A stretch of 64,000 nucleotides of DNA from Enterobacteria phage ATK47. The first letter of the stretch is position 1; the number at the start of each line of letters is the position of its first letter. The stretch is from the sequence record NC_055708.1. One strand, 5' to 3'. The notes under the pieces are model-generated. The model saw nothing but the letters and a program-made list of their open reading frames with translations, had not been told where the DNA came from and did not search any database. Positions 18,781 through 29,173 of this stretch are shown one piece after another. A program made the position numbers and the translations under genes.

Positions 18781-21700
18781 TTATTCAATCCACTCGAATT
18801 TAACAGATTTATTCACAGGGTCTGGAATAATGCGGACATTACCAATCCTTAAGAAATCCCTTATTGTCAAGTTTCCGATTGTTGCATTATCAGAAGGTAA
18901 AGCACCAATATCAGATGGCTGAGGAGGGTTTCCACCATCAAATACTTGAACAAAACTTGACCAAGAATTTTTAGTTTTCTGCCATGTACGAGTCCAACGG
19001 GTTGTACGTGCTTCTGGGGTTGTTGGATAAGTAATCCAATCTTGGTAAAGTGAATCAAGTGTGTTACCAAACTGAGTCAGTGTACCAGGAGATTTAACTT
19101 CTTCGCCACGTTCTAAGTATGGAAGCCCAGTCACTTCATTAGTTTTTTCAACCATTTTAAAATAACCTGGGAACTGGTTATAAGTGGCTGAATCGTTAAT
19201 ATCAATTGACCAGAATCCTACATTATCAGATGTTGGCGCACGGGTATATAAATCGGATGTTTTAGTACCTTGAGAACGAATTCTCGAGTTAACAGTTAAA
19301 CCACCTGAATTTATAGTAGCACCTTTGGCAATGATTAAGCCTTCACCAATCGTTACTTGGCCAGATGCATTATTAATAGCCAAAGGACGTAATCCATTAA
19401 ATCCACCGGTCTGATCACCGGATGCAGTGAGCATAAAATAGGTATTAGCAGCATCATTACGAATAAAGAATCCGTAATCACCACTAATTGCTCTGAAAGC
19501 ATTTGCTGACTTGCTGATGAATTCACCATTAGCAGTAACTGAACTACCAAATGTTGCAACGCCGTTCGCGTTCAAAGAACCCGAAGCGTTAACATTTATC
19601 GGCATCACAGTACCGTTAATGCTAAACGTTATATTCCCGGCTTTATTACGTTGAGAATAAAAGTGATTAGATGTTTCATCACCAACTTCAAATACAGTAG
19701 AACGTGTTGTATCTGAACCACCACCAAATTCATTTCCACAAACTCTGATAGTCATCGTCTGTGCTGGGTTAGTTCCAGTTTGAGGTCCTTTCTCAAAAAT
19801 AAGACGAGTTGCCGTTCCAGTATTAGAAATAGTTAATGTACTATTTGCCGAAACTGAACCACCAAACGTAGCAGTACTAGATGATACAAGAGGGGCACTC
19901 AGATTCGTTTGTTGGGTTAAGGTTAGTGAACCATTAACCGTCTGTGCAATGTCCCTACGAATGAACTGAGATGAATCTAGACCATCTAATAAATTTGCGT
20001 CAGCAGCTTTTGCTTTTAATGGCAAGTAATTTGCTAATACACGGTTTAATTCATACGGTGATACTGCATAGCTATTTTTCTCGTATAGCTCTAAGTTTTG
20101 TGTTGAACCAACTGTATCATTACCAACGAATGTAATAGAACCGGATGAAGTTTTAACGAATCCACGAATTGCTGTAGTAGCAGCCCATGTTGGTTCATTC
20201 TGGACAATCCATTTTAAATTCTTAGGAGATACAGCAGTATTAGCAGAAGTTCCTGTTATAGTTTCAGCCTGAGTAGCAACCTTAATTACGCCTTCAGACG
20301 TTTCAGTGGACTTAGTCCCTAAAAGCTTTTTAGGAGTAATAAGAACATCATCTAAAGTTCCTGCATTAGATTCTGCCTGAGTCGCTACGCGAAGTGTACC
20401 ACGTTGTGTTTCATTTGCTTTAGAAATATCAAGAGTATAATGGTTCCACAAGGTTCCTTCTTCAATAAGTCCGGAATCAGAATTAACACTGGTACGGTCA
20501 GAAGAATCAAAATGAGTTTTAATTTTCAGTGGAGTCGAGATACGAGTATCATCAGTTCCAGTATCAAATTCAACTTGCGTAGCAATTTCGGCTATGCCGG
20601 ATAATCCTTCCGTAGCTTTCCTATCATTTAATGTCTTAGGCGTTACTGCTCTAGTATAATCAGTCCCAGCATTAGTTTCTGCTTGCGTAGCAATTTCAAT
20701 TAAGCCAATACGTCCATCAGTAGAAGTTTTCTTATGTAGTGTTTCAGGAGTTACTACAGCATGAGAATAACCTGCTTGAGATTGACCAGCAATTACTTCA
20801 CTATCAACAGCTAAAATTACTGCACCTTGTTGAGCATAAGTTGCTTTATATTGGTCAAGGGCTTTAGGAGAAATAGTTAAATTATTTACGGTTTTATTAT
20901 AAACGTTAGTGCCTGCGGCCCCACGAGTTTCAGCAGGAGTAGCAGAAGTAGTTGATACATATTTAACTATACCAGATAGTGTTTCAGAACCCTGACGTGC
21001 CTGCAATTTCTTAGGTGTAATAATCGTTGTGTCATCAAGACCGGCGTCAGTTTCAGCCTGAGTAGCAATTTCAGCAAGACCACGACGAGTTTCAGTTGCT
21101 GTACGCTCATTTAATTTTTTAGGCGTAACAATAGTATCGTCCACAAATGTTGCTGTGGAATTCTGGTTAACTTGTGCTGTTGTAGCAATTTTAGCGATAC
21201 CACGTCGAGCTTCAGTTGCTGTACGATTTGCCAACGTTTCAGGAGTAATAGCCACTTCTTTAGCTGGAGTATTCTCTAAATCAACATTTGCTTGCGCTTG
21301 AGTAGCAAGAGCAATAACACCTAAACGAGCTCGTGTAGCATCAGTTCCAGCATCGACACGTTCTACAGTTGGGACGTTTTGTTGAACAACCCAATAACGT
21401 GTACCAGCAACGGTGTCTTCGATATACGCTAATTCTAATACAGGAACATATGAAGTAGTGCCATTGAATTCTAGTTCAGTAACAGAGACCCATTGAGCAT
21501 CAGGTGGATATTCAGAACGTTTAGGGAACTGAAGCAATGCAACAGTGGAAGCAATTGTATCACCTTCGGCAGCTTTAATTTTTACTGTTTGGCCTTTACG
21601 CATGTAGTTCATTGAAATTTTAACAGTGTCACCACTCAAAATTCCGGTAGGCAGCGTAAGATTAATAGTTCCGGTTGTAGCGTTATTTGTGCCAAAGATA

Positions 21701-22656
21701 AGAACTTCTTCATTTGGACGAATATTTGAATCCGCACGGATAATACGAAGACGCGATTTCTGGTCGCCTTCCCATATACGCCATAAACTATTTGCAGCAT
21801 CAAAAACAAAAAACGCGTCAGAGTCATTTCTGCCTTCGGCAATATGAGTCCCGACTTCACCAATAGACGTTGTATCATCAAATGTTTTAACAATTGTATG
21901 ATACAGTGGGTTTAATTTATCTAAATCGACTAGGCTGATTATATCACCATTGTTAGCATTACGTGGAAGTGTAATGTTGATTGGTGCTGCACTAGTAAAA
22001 CGACGAACGATAAAATCATTTGCTTGTGCTTGATATGGTGTCGCAGGTGTAACAGTGATTGATTCTTTACCATAATCGGTAATATACATCTGCCACAAAC
22101 GATTACTAAACACAAACAATAGTTGTGAACGTGGGCGCGTCATTAAAACTGTACGAACTTGTTCACCTCTAAAGTTTAAAATACTCTGCACAGACGCGTT
22201 AATCTGTACTTTAACTGTCCCAGTTCTTCCACCAATATCAGCCAAAACAACAGTATCACCATCAACCGGCGCATTTGGCAACGTGAAAACCATATCATTA
22301 CCGGCACCAGTGTTAACCGAAATCGATTCACCTGAAGAAAGTTGATAAGTCCCAGAAGCGACAGTTATCCATTGTGCGTCAGTACGAACTGCACGCCATT
22401 GTAAAAGGTTAAATGCCCCGGAAGGAGACACGATATCATTTATTGCTTGATATAAACGATTGTCATAAAGAACAACAAATCCTTTGTTATATCCACGCGT
22501 AGAATCATATACTTGAACGGTGTTTTCTTGTACCAGGAAGTCAACGTTTACGCCATCAGTACCTACTGTACGGTCGGCTAATGCTACGTTAACAATCTTG
22601 TCGCCACCGGCGTCCAGACCGTCTTCGGCTCTGAACTTACGTTTGATGTCGGCCAT
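18781..22656 (-). CDS. 34: Long tail fiber proximal subunit gp34
   Basis: 1291 aa; repeated ...RRGLAEIATQAET... fibre-repeat motifs; size as T4 gp34. Confidence 0.85.
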   Translation of the reverse strand: MADIKRKFRAEDGLDAGGDKIVNVALADRTVGTDGVNVDFLVQENTVQVYDSTRGYNKGFVVLYDNRLYQAINDIVSPSGAFNLLQWRAVRTDAQWITVASGTYQLSSGESISVNTGAGNDMVFTLPNAPVDGDTVVLADIGGRTGTVKVQINASVQSILNFRGEQVRTVLMTRPRSQLLFVFSNRLWQMYITDYGKESITVTPATPYQAQANDFIVRRFTSAAPINITLPRNANNGDIISLVDLDKLNPLYHTIVKTFDDTTSIGEVGTHIAEGRNDSDAFFVFDAANSLWRIWEGDQKSRLRIIRADSNIRPNEEVLIFGTNNATTGTINLTLPTGILSGDTVKISMNYMRKGQTVKIKAAEGDTIASTVALLQFPKRSEYPPDAQWVSVTELEFNGTTSYVPVLELAYIEDTVAGTRYWVVQQNVPTVERVDAGTDATRARLGVIALATQAQANVDLENTPAKEVAITPETLANRTATEARRGIAKIATTAQVNQNSTATFVDDTIVTPKKLNERTATETRRGLAEIATQAETDAGLDDTTIITPKKLQARQGSETLSGIVKYVSTTSATPAETRGAAGTNVYNKTVNNLTISPKALDQYKATYAQQGAVILAVDSEVIAGQSQAGYSHAVVTPETLHKKTSTDGRIGLIEIATQAETNAGTDYTRAVTPKTLNDRKATEGLSGIAEIATQVEFDTGTDDTRISTPLKIKTHFDSSDRTSVNSDSGLIEEGTLWNHYTLDISKANETQRGTLRVATQAESNAGTLDDVLITPKKLLGTKSTETSEGVIKVATQAETITGTSANTAVSPKNLKWIVQNEPTWAATTAIRGFVKTSSGSITFVGNDTVGSTQNLELYEKNSYAVSPYELNRVLANYLPLKAKAADANLLDGLDSSQFIRRDIAQTVNGSLTLTQQTNLSAPLVSSSTATFGGSVSANSTLTISNTGTATRLIFEKGPQTGTNPAQTMTIRVCGNEFGGGSDTTRSTVFEVGDETSNHFYSQRNKAGNITFSINGTVMPINVNASGSLNANGVATFGSSVTANGEFISKSANAFRAISGDYGFFIRNDAANTYFMLTASGDQTGGFNGLRPLAINNASGQVTIGEGLIIAKGATINSGGLTVNSRIRSQGTKTSDLYTRAPTSDNVGFWSIDINDSATYNQFPGYFKMVEKTNEVTGLPYLERGEEVKSPGTLTQFGNTLDSLYQDWITYPTTPEARTTRWTRTWQKTKNSWSSFVQVFDGGNPPQPSDIGALPSDNATIGNLTIRDFLRIGNVRIIPDPVNKSVKFEWIE

Positions 22657-22686
22657 TCGTTTTTCCTTTATTGTTTCAATAATACT

Positions 22687-22694
22687 TATTTATA
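22687..22694 (-). promoter_or_regulatory. Late promoter TATAAATA (minus strand) upstream of gene 34
   Basis: TATTTATA on plus strand about 30 nt upstream of the gene 34 start. Confidence 0.5.
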
Positions 22695-22697
22695 CCA

Positions 22698-22727
22698 GTT
22701 TACGCTTTCAAATGAGTGTGTTACTAT
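22698..22727 (+). promoter_or_regulatory. T4-type early promoter for rnh
   Basis: GTTTAC 22698-22703, TACTAT 22722-22727. Confidence 0.5.
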
Positions 22728-22759
22728 AGTCAAGTTGACTAACTGAACAAGAGGTTCAT

Positions 22760-23677
22760 ATGGATTTAGAAATGATGTTGGATGAAGATTACAAAGAAGG
22801 TATTGCACTTGCTGACTTTAGTAACATTGCATTGGCAGCCGCACTAAACAACTTTGAAGACGGCGATAAAATTACTGTTCCGATGGTTCGCCATGTAATC
22901 TTGAATTCAATTCGTAAAAACGTAGTGATGTTCCGTAAGCAAGGCTATACAAAATTTGTATTGTGTATGGATAATGCTACTTCAGGTTATTGGCGACGTG
23001 ATTTTGCTTACTATTACAAGAAAAATCGTAAAACCGATCGTGAAGCTTCAAAGTGGGATTGGGAAGGATATTTTACTGCACTCCATCAAGTTGTTTATGA
23101 GATTAAGAAATACATGCCATACGTTGTAATGGATATTGACAAGTATGAAGCGGATGACCATATCGGTGTATTAACTAAATATTTGTCATTAGCTGGACAT
23201 AAAGTATGTATTGTTGCATCAGATGGTGACTTTACACAATTACACAAATATCCTAACGTTAAACAGTGGTCGCCACCACAGAAAAAATGGGTTAAAATTA
23301 AGAACGGTTCTGCTGAAATTGATTGCATGACTAAAATTCTTAAAGGTGACCGTAAAGACGGCGTTGCATCTGTTCGAGTTCGTGGCGACTTCTGGTTTAC
23401 CAGAGTTGATGGTGAACGAACTCCAAGCATGAAAACATCAATTATTGAAGCAATTGCTAATGACCGTTCTCAAGCTGAAGTATTATTAAGTGCAGAAGAA
23501 TATAAACGGTATCAAGAAAATTTGGTTCTCATTGATTTTGATTATATCCCTGATAATATTGCTTCAACCATTATAGAGTATTATAACTCATATAAACAAC
23601 AACCTAAAGGCAAGATTTATTCATACTTTGTAAAATCTGGTCTTTCTAAATTAACAAGTGTAATTAATGAATTCTGA
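22760..23677 (+). CDS. rnh: RNase H (5'-3' exonuclease, FEN family)
   Basis: 305 aa; MDLEMMLDEDYKEG... and internal segments match recalled T4 RNase H almost residue-for-residue. Confidence 0.9.
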   Translation: MDLEMMLDEDYKEGIALADFSNIALAAALNNFEDGDKITVPMVRHVILNSIRKNVVMFRKQGYTKFVLCMDNATSGYWRRDFAYYYKKNRKTDREASKWDWEGYFTALHQVVYEIKKYMPYVVMDIDKYEADDHIGVLTKYLSLAGHKVCIVASDGDFTQLHKYPNVKQWSPPQKKWVKIKNGSAEIDCMTKILKGDRKDGVASVRVRGDFWFTRVDGERTPSMKTSIIEAIANDRSQAEVLLSAEEYKRYQENLVLIDFDYIPDNIASTIIEYYNSYKQQPKGKIYSYFVKSGLSKLTSVINEF

Positions 23678-23954
23678 GGTAAACATGGCTAAGAAAGAAG
23701 CAGTTGAATTTAATCAAGATGTGCATGGTGAAGAACTGGCTAAACTAGTCAAGGAAGCTTCCGATAACAAACTTAAAATTTCTGGTTATAATGAACTGAT
23801 TAAAGACATTCGTACTCGTGCTAAAGAAGAGCTTGGCGTCGATGGAAAAATGTTTAATCGTTTGTTAGCTCTTTATCATAAAGACGCTCGTGACCAATTT
23901 GAAGCTGAAAACGAAGAGGTAGTCGAGCTTTATGACACAGTTTTCACTAAGTGA
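23667..23954 (+). CDS. dsbA: dsDNA-binding protein DsbA (late transcription enhancer)
   Basis: 95 aa between rnh and 33 as in T4. Confidence 0.55.
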   Translation: MNSEVNMAKKEAVEFNQDVHGEELAKLVKEASDNKLKISGYNELIKDIRTRAKEELGVDGKMFNRLLALYHKDARDQFEAENEEVVELYDTVFTK

Positions 23955-24270
23955 TATTAAACCGGTTGATGAGGCCGGTTTATCTGAACAAGAATTAGCA
24001 GTAAAACATGATAAAGATGATATCGCTAAATTGCTTGACCGCCAAGAAAACGGATTCATTATCGAATCTATGGTTGAACAATTTGGTATGTCTTATTTAG
24101 AAGCAACAACTGCTTTCTTAGAAGAAAATTCTATTCCAGAAACACAATTTGCTAAATTTATTCCTACAGGAATTGTTGAAAAAATTACAAGCGAAGCAAT
24201 TGACGAAAACATGCTTCGCCCATCAGTTGCTCGTGGTGAAAAAACTAATACGTTAGATTTCTTATTATGA
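23932..24270 (+). CDS. 33: Late transcription accessory protein gp33
   Basis: 112 aa (T4 gp33 112 aa), synteny. Confidence 0.65.
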   Translation: MTQFSLSDIKPVDEAGLSEQELAVKHDKDDIAKLLDRQENGFIIESMVEQFGMSYLEATTAFLEENSIPETQFAKFIPTGIVEKITSEAIDENMLRPSVARGEKTNTLDFLL

Positions 24271-24920
24271 TTAAAATACGCATGCCTCCTGATGGAGAAC
24301 GTTATATTAACGGAAAATCGGTATACAAACTATACTTGATGTGCAAACAACATTTTAATGGTCGGTATGACGTAATCAAATATAACTGGTGCATGCGTGT
24401 TTCGGATAATGCGTATCAAAAACGCCGAGATAAATATTTCTTTGAGAAACTAGCAGAGAAATATAAGTTAAAGGAACTCACCTTGATATTCATCAGTAAC
24501 TTAGTTGCTAACCAAGATGCGTGGATTGGTGAGATATCAGACGCTGATGCATTAGTTTTCTATAGGGAATATATTGGACGTCTCAAACAAGCCAAGGAGA
24601 CGTTTGCTGAAGATGTACGTAACATCTACTATTTCAGCAAGAAAGTGGAAGTTAGTGCGCTTCAAGAGATATTTGATTATAATAATAAAGTTCAGTCGAG
24701 CTACATATTTAAATTGCTACAAAGCAATATAATTTCATTTGAAACCTTCTTGTTGTTGGATTCATTCTTGAATATTATAGATAAGCATGACGAACTTACC
24801 GACAATTTAGTCTGGCAAAATTATTCTACCAAATTAAAGGCATATCGAAAAATACTTCAAATCGATGGAAATGCTGCTAAGAAATTGTTCATAGAAACAA
24901 TCAAATCATGTAAGTATTAA
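24267..24920 (+). CDS. 59: Helicase loader gp59
   Basis: 217 aa (T4 gp59 217 aa), immediately upstream of gene 32. Confidence 0.7.
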   Translation: MIKIRMPPDGERYINGKSVYKLYLMCKQHFNGRYDVIKYNWCMRVSDNAYQKRRDKYFFEKLAEKYKLKELTLIFISNLVANQDAWIGEISDADALVFYREYIGRLKQAKETFAEDVRNIYYFSKKVEVSALQEIFDYNNKVQSSYIFKLLQSNIISFETFLLLDSFLNIIDKHDELTDNLVWQNYSTKLKAYRKILQIDGNAAKKLFIETIKSCKY

Positions 24921-24949
24921 GCTTTATTTCTTGTGTGTTAAAATTACTT

Positions 24950-25036
24950 TATAAATAAATCATACCAGCTACGAGGTATAAGTGTCGTAGCAACCAACTG
25001 TAAATAAATTAAATAATCTAAATAAAGGTAAATATA
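24950..25036 (+). promoter_or_regulatory. Gene 32 late promoter (TATAAATA 24950-24957) and A/U-rich translational operator
   Basis: TATAAATA followed by structured segment and repeated UAAAUAA tract immediately 5' of the gene 32 ATG, as in T4 gene 32 autoregulation. Confidence 0.6.
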
Positions 25037-25936
25037 ATGTTTAAACGTAAATCTACTGCTGACCTCGCTGCTCAAATGGCTAAACTGAATGGTAACAAAG
25101 GTTTCTCTTCAGAAGATAAAGGCGAATGGAAGCTGAAGCTAGATGCATCAGGTAATGGTCAAGCGGTAATTCGTTTCTTGCCAGCAAAAACTGATGATGC
25201 ACTACCATTTGCAATTCTTGTTAACCACGGTTTCAAGAAAAATGGTAAATGGTATATTGAAAATTGCTCTTCTACACACGGTGATTATGACTCTTGTCCT
25301 GTATGTCAGTACATTATTAAAAATGACCTGTACAATACCAACAAAACTGAATATTCTCAACTGAAACGTAAAACTTCTTATTGGGCTAATATTCTGGTTG
25401 TTAAAGACCCTCAAGCTCCAGATAACGAAGGTAAAGTATTTAAATATCGTTTCGGTAAAAAGATTTGGGACAAAATCAATGCAATGATTGCTGTTGATAC
25501 CGAAATGGGTGAAACTCCAGTTGATGTTACTTGTCCGTTTGAAGGTGCTAACTTCGTTCTGAAAGCTAAGCAGGTTTCCGGTTTTAGCAACTATGACGAA
25601 TCTAAATTCTTGGGTCAATCTGAAATTCCTCGTATTAATGACGAAGCATTCCAGAAAGAACTATATGACCAGATGGTAGACCTTACTACTTTGACGGCTA
25701 AAGACCAGTTCAAATCCTTTGAAAAATTAAATGAATCTTTCGCTAAGGTTCTTGGTACTGCCGCTCTGGGTGGTGCAGCAGCTGCCGCAGCTTCTGTTGC
25801 AGATAAAGTTGCTTCTGACCTCGACGATTTTGATAAAGACATGGAAGCCTTTAGTTCTGCAAAAACTGAAGATGACTTCATGAGTTCCTCGTCTTCTGAC
25901 GATGGCGACCTCGATGACCTGTTAGCTGGCCTATAA
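25037..25936 (+). CDS. 32: ssDNA-binding protein gp32
   Basis: 299 aa; zinc site C-x-H...C-x2-C ([14 protein letters not shown]); acidic C-terminus [16 protein letters not shown]. Confidence 0.9.
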   Translation: MFKRKSTADLAAQMAKLNGNKGFSSEDKGEWKLKLDASGNGQAVIRFLPAKTDDALPFAILVNHGFKKNGKWYIENCSSTHGDYDSCPVCQYIIKNDLYNTNKTEYSQLKRKTSYWANILVVKDPQAPDNEGKVFKYRFGKKIWDKINAMIAVDTEMGETPVDVTCPFEGANFVLKAKQVSGFSNYDESKFLGQSEIPRINDEAFQKELYDQMVDLTTLTAKDQFKSFEKLNESFAKVLGTAALGGAAAAAASVADKVASDLDDFDKDMEAFSSAKTEDDFMSSSSSDDGDLDDLLAGL

Positions 25937-25942
25937 TAAATT

Positions 25943-25964
25943 GGGAGACTTCGGTCTCCCTTTT
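25943..25964 (+). terminator. Intrinsic terminator gggagacTTCGgtctccc + TTTT
   Basis: Perfect 7-bp stem, UUCG loop, T-run. Confidence 0.7.
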
Positions 25965-25991
25965 GAGTATCTGTAAATTGCCGAAAAAGTT

Positions 25992-26020
25992 GTTTACTTC
26001 TTCCCTGGATGTGTTAGTAT
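25992..26020 (+). promoter_or_regulatory. T4-type early promoter
   Basis: GTTTAC 25992-25997, TAGTAT 26015-26020, downstream atagacctatcaaaacaaa box then ATGAGGAAAT RBS. Confidence 0.55.
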
Positions 26021-26050
26021 AGACCTATCAAAACAAATGAGGAAATCATA

Positions 26051-26413
26051 ATGGAAATCGGAAAATCTTATATCATTAACCCTGCATTTAAAGCTACCTT
26101 CGCTAACGAATGCCCACAAAATGCTGAAATGCTGTCTTTGATTGAGCTTCATGGCCCTAGTTTTGTTGTAAAAGACATGAACACAGAGTACGACGATGAT
26201 AAATGTGTAACACGTGTAACTATGCGAGACGGCACTGAATTGGGTTTTGACGGTAAGCCGGGTTCATATTTTGAGCTTTATGACGATGAGTTCAAATACT
26301 TCATCGAGGTATCCCCAGAGTCTATTTCTAAACAGTCACTCATCTTTGAAGTCACTGAAGATAACGCCCGTGATGTGATTGCAGAAATTAAAGAAATTTT
26401 TGGAATAAAATAA
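26051..26413 (+). CDS. Hypothetical protein, paralog A of tandem pair
   Basis: 120 aa; shares MEIGKSYIINP...LIELHGPSFVV...DEFKYF with the downstream ORF. Confidence 0.55.
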   Translation: MEIGKSYIINPAFKATFANECPQNAEMLSLIELHGPSFVVKDMNTEYDDDKCVTRVTMRDGTELGFDGKPGSYFELYDDEFKYFIEVSPESISKQSLIFEVTEDNARDVIAEIKEIFGIK

Positions 26414-26438
26414 GTACAGCACAAATGAGGAAATCAAA

Positions 26439-26831
26439 ATGGAAATCGGAAAATCTTATATCATTAACCCTTTATTTAAAGATGACTTTGTTCAAGAAGC
26501 ACCACACAATAATGCTAAGATGTTAAAATTGATTGAACTCCACGGGCCTAGTTTTGTTGTAAACGGAATGGAACCTGATTATGATAGCGATACGTCAAAC
26601 GTAGTAAGTGTAACTATGGAAGATGGTACGGTATGTTCTGCCGGTGGTGAAATTGAAACTTATTTTGAGATTTATCCTGACGAGTTCAAATACTTTACTG
26701 AGGTAGATTTAGTAAAGCCTCAACCTACTAACGAAGGTATAACTTTAGGTGTAACAAAAATCCATTGTATCGTAGATGAAACCAACGTCGACGAAATCAT
26801 CAAACTTTTGCAAAAAACTTTTAAAAAGTAG
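26439..26831 (+). CDS. Hypothetical protein, paralog B of tandem pair
   Basis: 130 aa; 5' approx 50 nt including the RBS nearly identical to paralog A. Confidence 0.55.
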   Translation: MEIGKSYIINPLFKDDFVQEAPHNNAKMLKLIELHGPSFVVNGMEPDYDSDTSNVVSVTMEDGTVCSAGGEIETYFEIYPDEFKYFTEVDLVKPQPTNEGITLGVTKIHCIVDETNVDEIIKLLQKTFKK

Positions 26832-26862
26832 TTTATAACAAGATAGGGCTATGTTATAGTAG
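26831..26862 (+). promoter_or_regulatory. Early-type promoter with near-palindrome around -10
   Basis: GTTTAT 26831-26836, TATAGT 26855-26860, flanking tagggcta/tagtccta. Confidence 0.5.
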
Positions 26863-26894
26863 TCCTATCAAATAAAAGTGAAGAGGAGAATAAA

Positions 26895-27137
26895 ATGAGA
26901 TTGCAACGTCAGAGCATCAAAGATTCAGAAGTTAGAGGTAAATGGTACTTCAACATCGTTGGTAAAGATGCTGAACTCCTTGAACAAGCTGAAGAAGCTT
27001 TACGTGAAATGGGTTGGAACGAAGAATGTGATGGATGTCCACTCTACGAAGATGGTATATCATCCGGATTCTGGATTTATCACTCGGATGTCGACCAATT
27101 TAAAGCTGATTGGAAAATTGTGAAAAAGTCTGTTTGA
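26895..27137 (+). CDS. Hypothetical protein
   Basis: 80-aa ORF with ggag RBS. Confidence 0.5.
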   Translation: MRLQRQSIKDSEVRGKWYFNIVGKDAELLEQAEEALREMGWNEECDGCPLYEDGISSGFWIYHSDVDQFKADWKIVKKSV

Positions 27138-27146
27138 GGAAATACA

Positions 27147-27398
27147 ATGAAAACACTAAATTTACTTAAGGTTGGGGAAGACATAGATATTGCTGATATC
27201 TACAAAAATCTAACTTATTATGATAATTTATTTGTCGTTCAAACCTTAAATGGCGATTATTACACGGTTTCTTTAGTGCGAAATAAATTTAAAAACAAAT
27301 TTTACTTTTGTATTTATAATTATCATGGCCAACGCTCTAGCAATTATATTGAACCGTCTGACATATTTTATATTGAGGAATTAAAATGCTTAAATTAG
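27147..27398 (+). CDS. Hypothetical protein
   Basis: 83-aa ORF, RBS gagga. Confidence 0.45.
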   Translation: MKTLNLLKVGEDIDIADIYKNLTYYDNLFVVQTLNGDYYTVSLVRNKFKNKFYFCIYNYHGQRSSNYIEPSDIFYIEELKCLN

Positions 27399-27973
27399 TA
27401 TTCGCATGCGCACCATCTAAAACAGTTGATGATAAACTGGAATATGCTTTTGGATTAGGTGATGGACTTCCATGGAAGCATATCAAACAAGATATGAGTA
27501 ACTTTGTTGCTCGCACTAAAAACACTGTAATGGTTATGGGTGCTAAGACTTTTGCATCATTACCTCGTCTACTCCCAGATCGTACTCATGTAGTTGTCAC
27601 CGATATGTCTAGAAAACTGCCTAGGACTAAAAGCGACGAACTTGCACGGTTCTATATCACCCAAGCAGAATTTATTACCCTGGTGACTGGTAGTGAAATT
27701 AACTTGTTCGGCCCTTCAACAGACGTACCATTTAAACTTTCTACTGAACATGTTGATGTATCTGTTATCGGTGGCCCGGCTCTATTAAAACAAGCACTGC
27801 CTTATGCTGATGAAATTGTGATGACTAAAATCATTAAGAAATGTCGTGTTAATTCAGACGTTCAACTTGATAAAGATTTCATCCAAGATATTATGCTTCA
27901 ACGTTCTATGGTAGAATCTCATTACTACAGAATCGATGAACTCACCGAAATTACTGAGAGCGTATATAAATGA
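27386..27973 (+). CDS. frd: Dihydrofolate reductase
   Basis: 195 aa; immediately upstream of td with ATGA overlap; GLGDGLPW region consistent with DHFR. Confidence 0.75.
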   Translation: MLKLVFACAPSKTVDDKLEYAFGLGDGLPWKHIKQDMSNFVARTKNTVMVMGAKTFASLPRLLPDRTHVVVTDMSRKLPRTKSDELARFYITQAEFITLVTGSEINLFGPSTDVPFKLSTEHVDVSVIGGPALLKQALPYADEIVMTKIIKKCRVNSDVQLDKDFIQDIMLQRSMVESHYYRIDELTEITESVYK

Positions 27974-28830
27974 AACAATACCAATACCTGATTAATGATA
28001 TCCTAGAAAATGGCTACGAAACAGACGACCGTACAGGCACAGGAACAATTGCCCTGTTCGGAACTAAATTACGTTGGGACCTGACTAAAGGATTCCCTGC
28101 AGTAACAACTAAGAAATTAGCATGGAAAGCTTGTATTGCCGAGTTACTGTGGTTCATGTCTGGTTCTACCAATGTTAATGATTTACGTATTCGTACTCAC
28201 GGTAGTCTTATTCAAGGTAAAACTATTTGGGACGACAACTATGAAAATCAGGCAAAAGACCTTGGATATCATAGCGGCGAACTTGGTCCTATTTATGGTA
28301 AGCAATGGCGTGATTTTGGCGGTGTAGACCAATTGGTCAAAACTATCGACCGCATTAAAGCTCTTCCTAATGATCGTCGTCAAATAGTTTCTGCATGGAA
28401 TCCGGCCGAAATAAATCAAATGGCTCTTCCTCCTTGCCATATGTTCTATCAGTTCAATGTGCGTAATGGTCATCTTGATTTACAATGGTACCAGAGAAGT
28501 GTTGATGTTTTCTTGGGTTTGCCATTCAACATTGCCTCGTACGCTGCCTTGACTCATATTGTAGCTAAGATGTGTAATCTTATCCCGGGTGATTTAGTGT
28601 TCTCAGGCGGCAACACGCATATCTACAGCAATCATGTAGAACAATGCAAAGAAGTTCTTCGTCGTGAGCCTAAAGAACTGTGTGAACTTAAAATTGATTG
28701 GCCTGAAGGATTCTCTGATTGGAGCACGACATTACAGCTTCATTGGGTAACAGAGCATATGAATCCGAGTGATTTCATTCTTAAAAATTACGAATCACAT
28801 CCAGCTATCAAAGCTAAAATGGCGGTATAA
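27970..28830 (+). CDS. td: Thymidylate synthase (uninterrupted, no intron)
   Basis: 286 aa; TDDRTGTGT...FG, catalytic Cys in LPPCH, DLQWYQRS motifs of ThyA family. Confidence 0.9.
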   Translation: MKQYQYLINDILENGYETDDRTGTGTIALFGTKLRWDLTKGFPAVTTKKLAWKACIAELLWFMSGSTNVNDLRIRTHGSLIQGKTIWDDNYENQAKDLGYHSGELGPIYGKQWRDFGGVDQLVKTIDRIKALPNDRRQIVSAWNPAEINQMALPPCHMFYQFNVRNGHLDLQWYQRSVDVFLGLPFNIASYAALTHIVAKMCNLIPGDLVFSGGNTHIYSNHVEQCKEVLRREPKELCELKIDWPEGFSDWSTTLQLHWVTEHMNPSDFILKNYESHPAIKAKMAV

Positions 28831-28831
28831 A

Positions 28832-29086
28832 ATGATTTTACGTTTTATTAATTCATATGGCACCACAATTTTTGAAATGAAAAATCCAAGTGAACTGGAT
28901 ATCCCTTCACCGAATAGTGAAATCACAGTTAAAGGTGAACGATTCATTTGCCATTCACATGAACGAATTTATGAATATCGTGAATTCTGTGGTGGATTCG
29001 GTATGGAAAAAGAGCCTCTGGTTTATTTCGATATTACAGTCTTGACTCCTAAAGAATATGAAGAAATTATTGCTGAGGATAATTAA
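28832..29086 (+). CDS. Hypothetical protein
   Basis: ATG 28832 overlapping td stop (TAAAATG) preferred over upstream in-gene start. Confidence 0.45.
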   Translation: MILRFINSYGTTIFEMKNPSELDIPSPNSEITVKGERFICHSHERIYEYREFCGGFGMEKEPLVYFDITVLTPKEYEEIIAEDN

Positions 29087-29173
29087 CGCTTCAGTTTAAA
29101 AGTGTATAATAAATTAACGGGATAAATACTATCCCGTTTGGAGTAATGTCTATCAACCTATACTGAGGAATAT

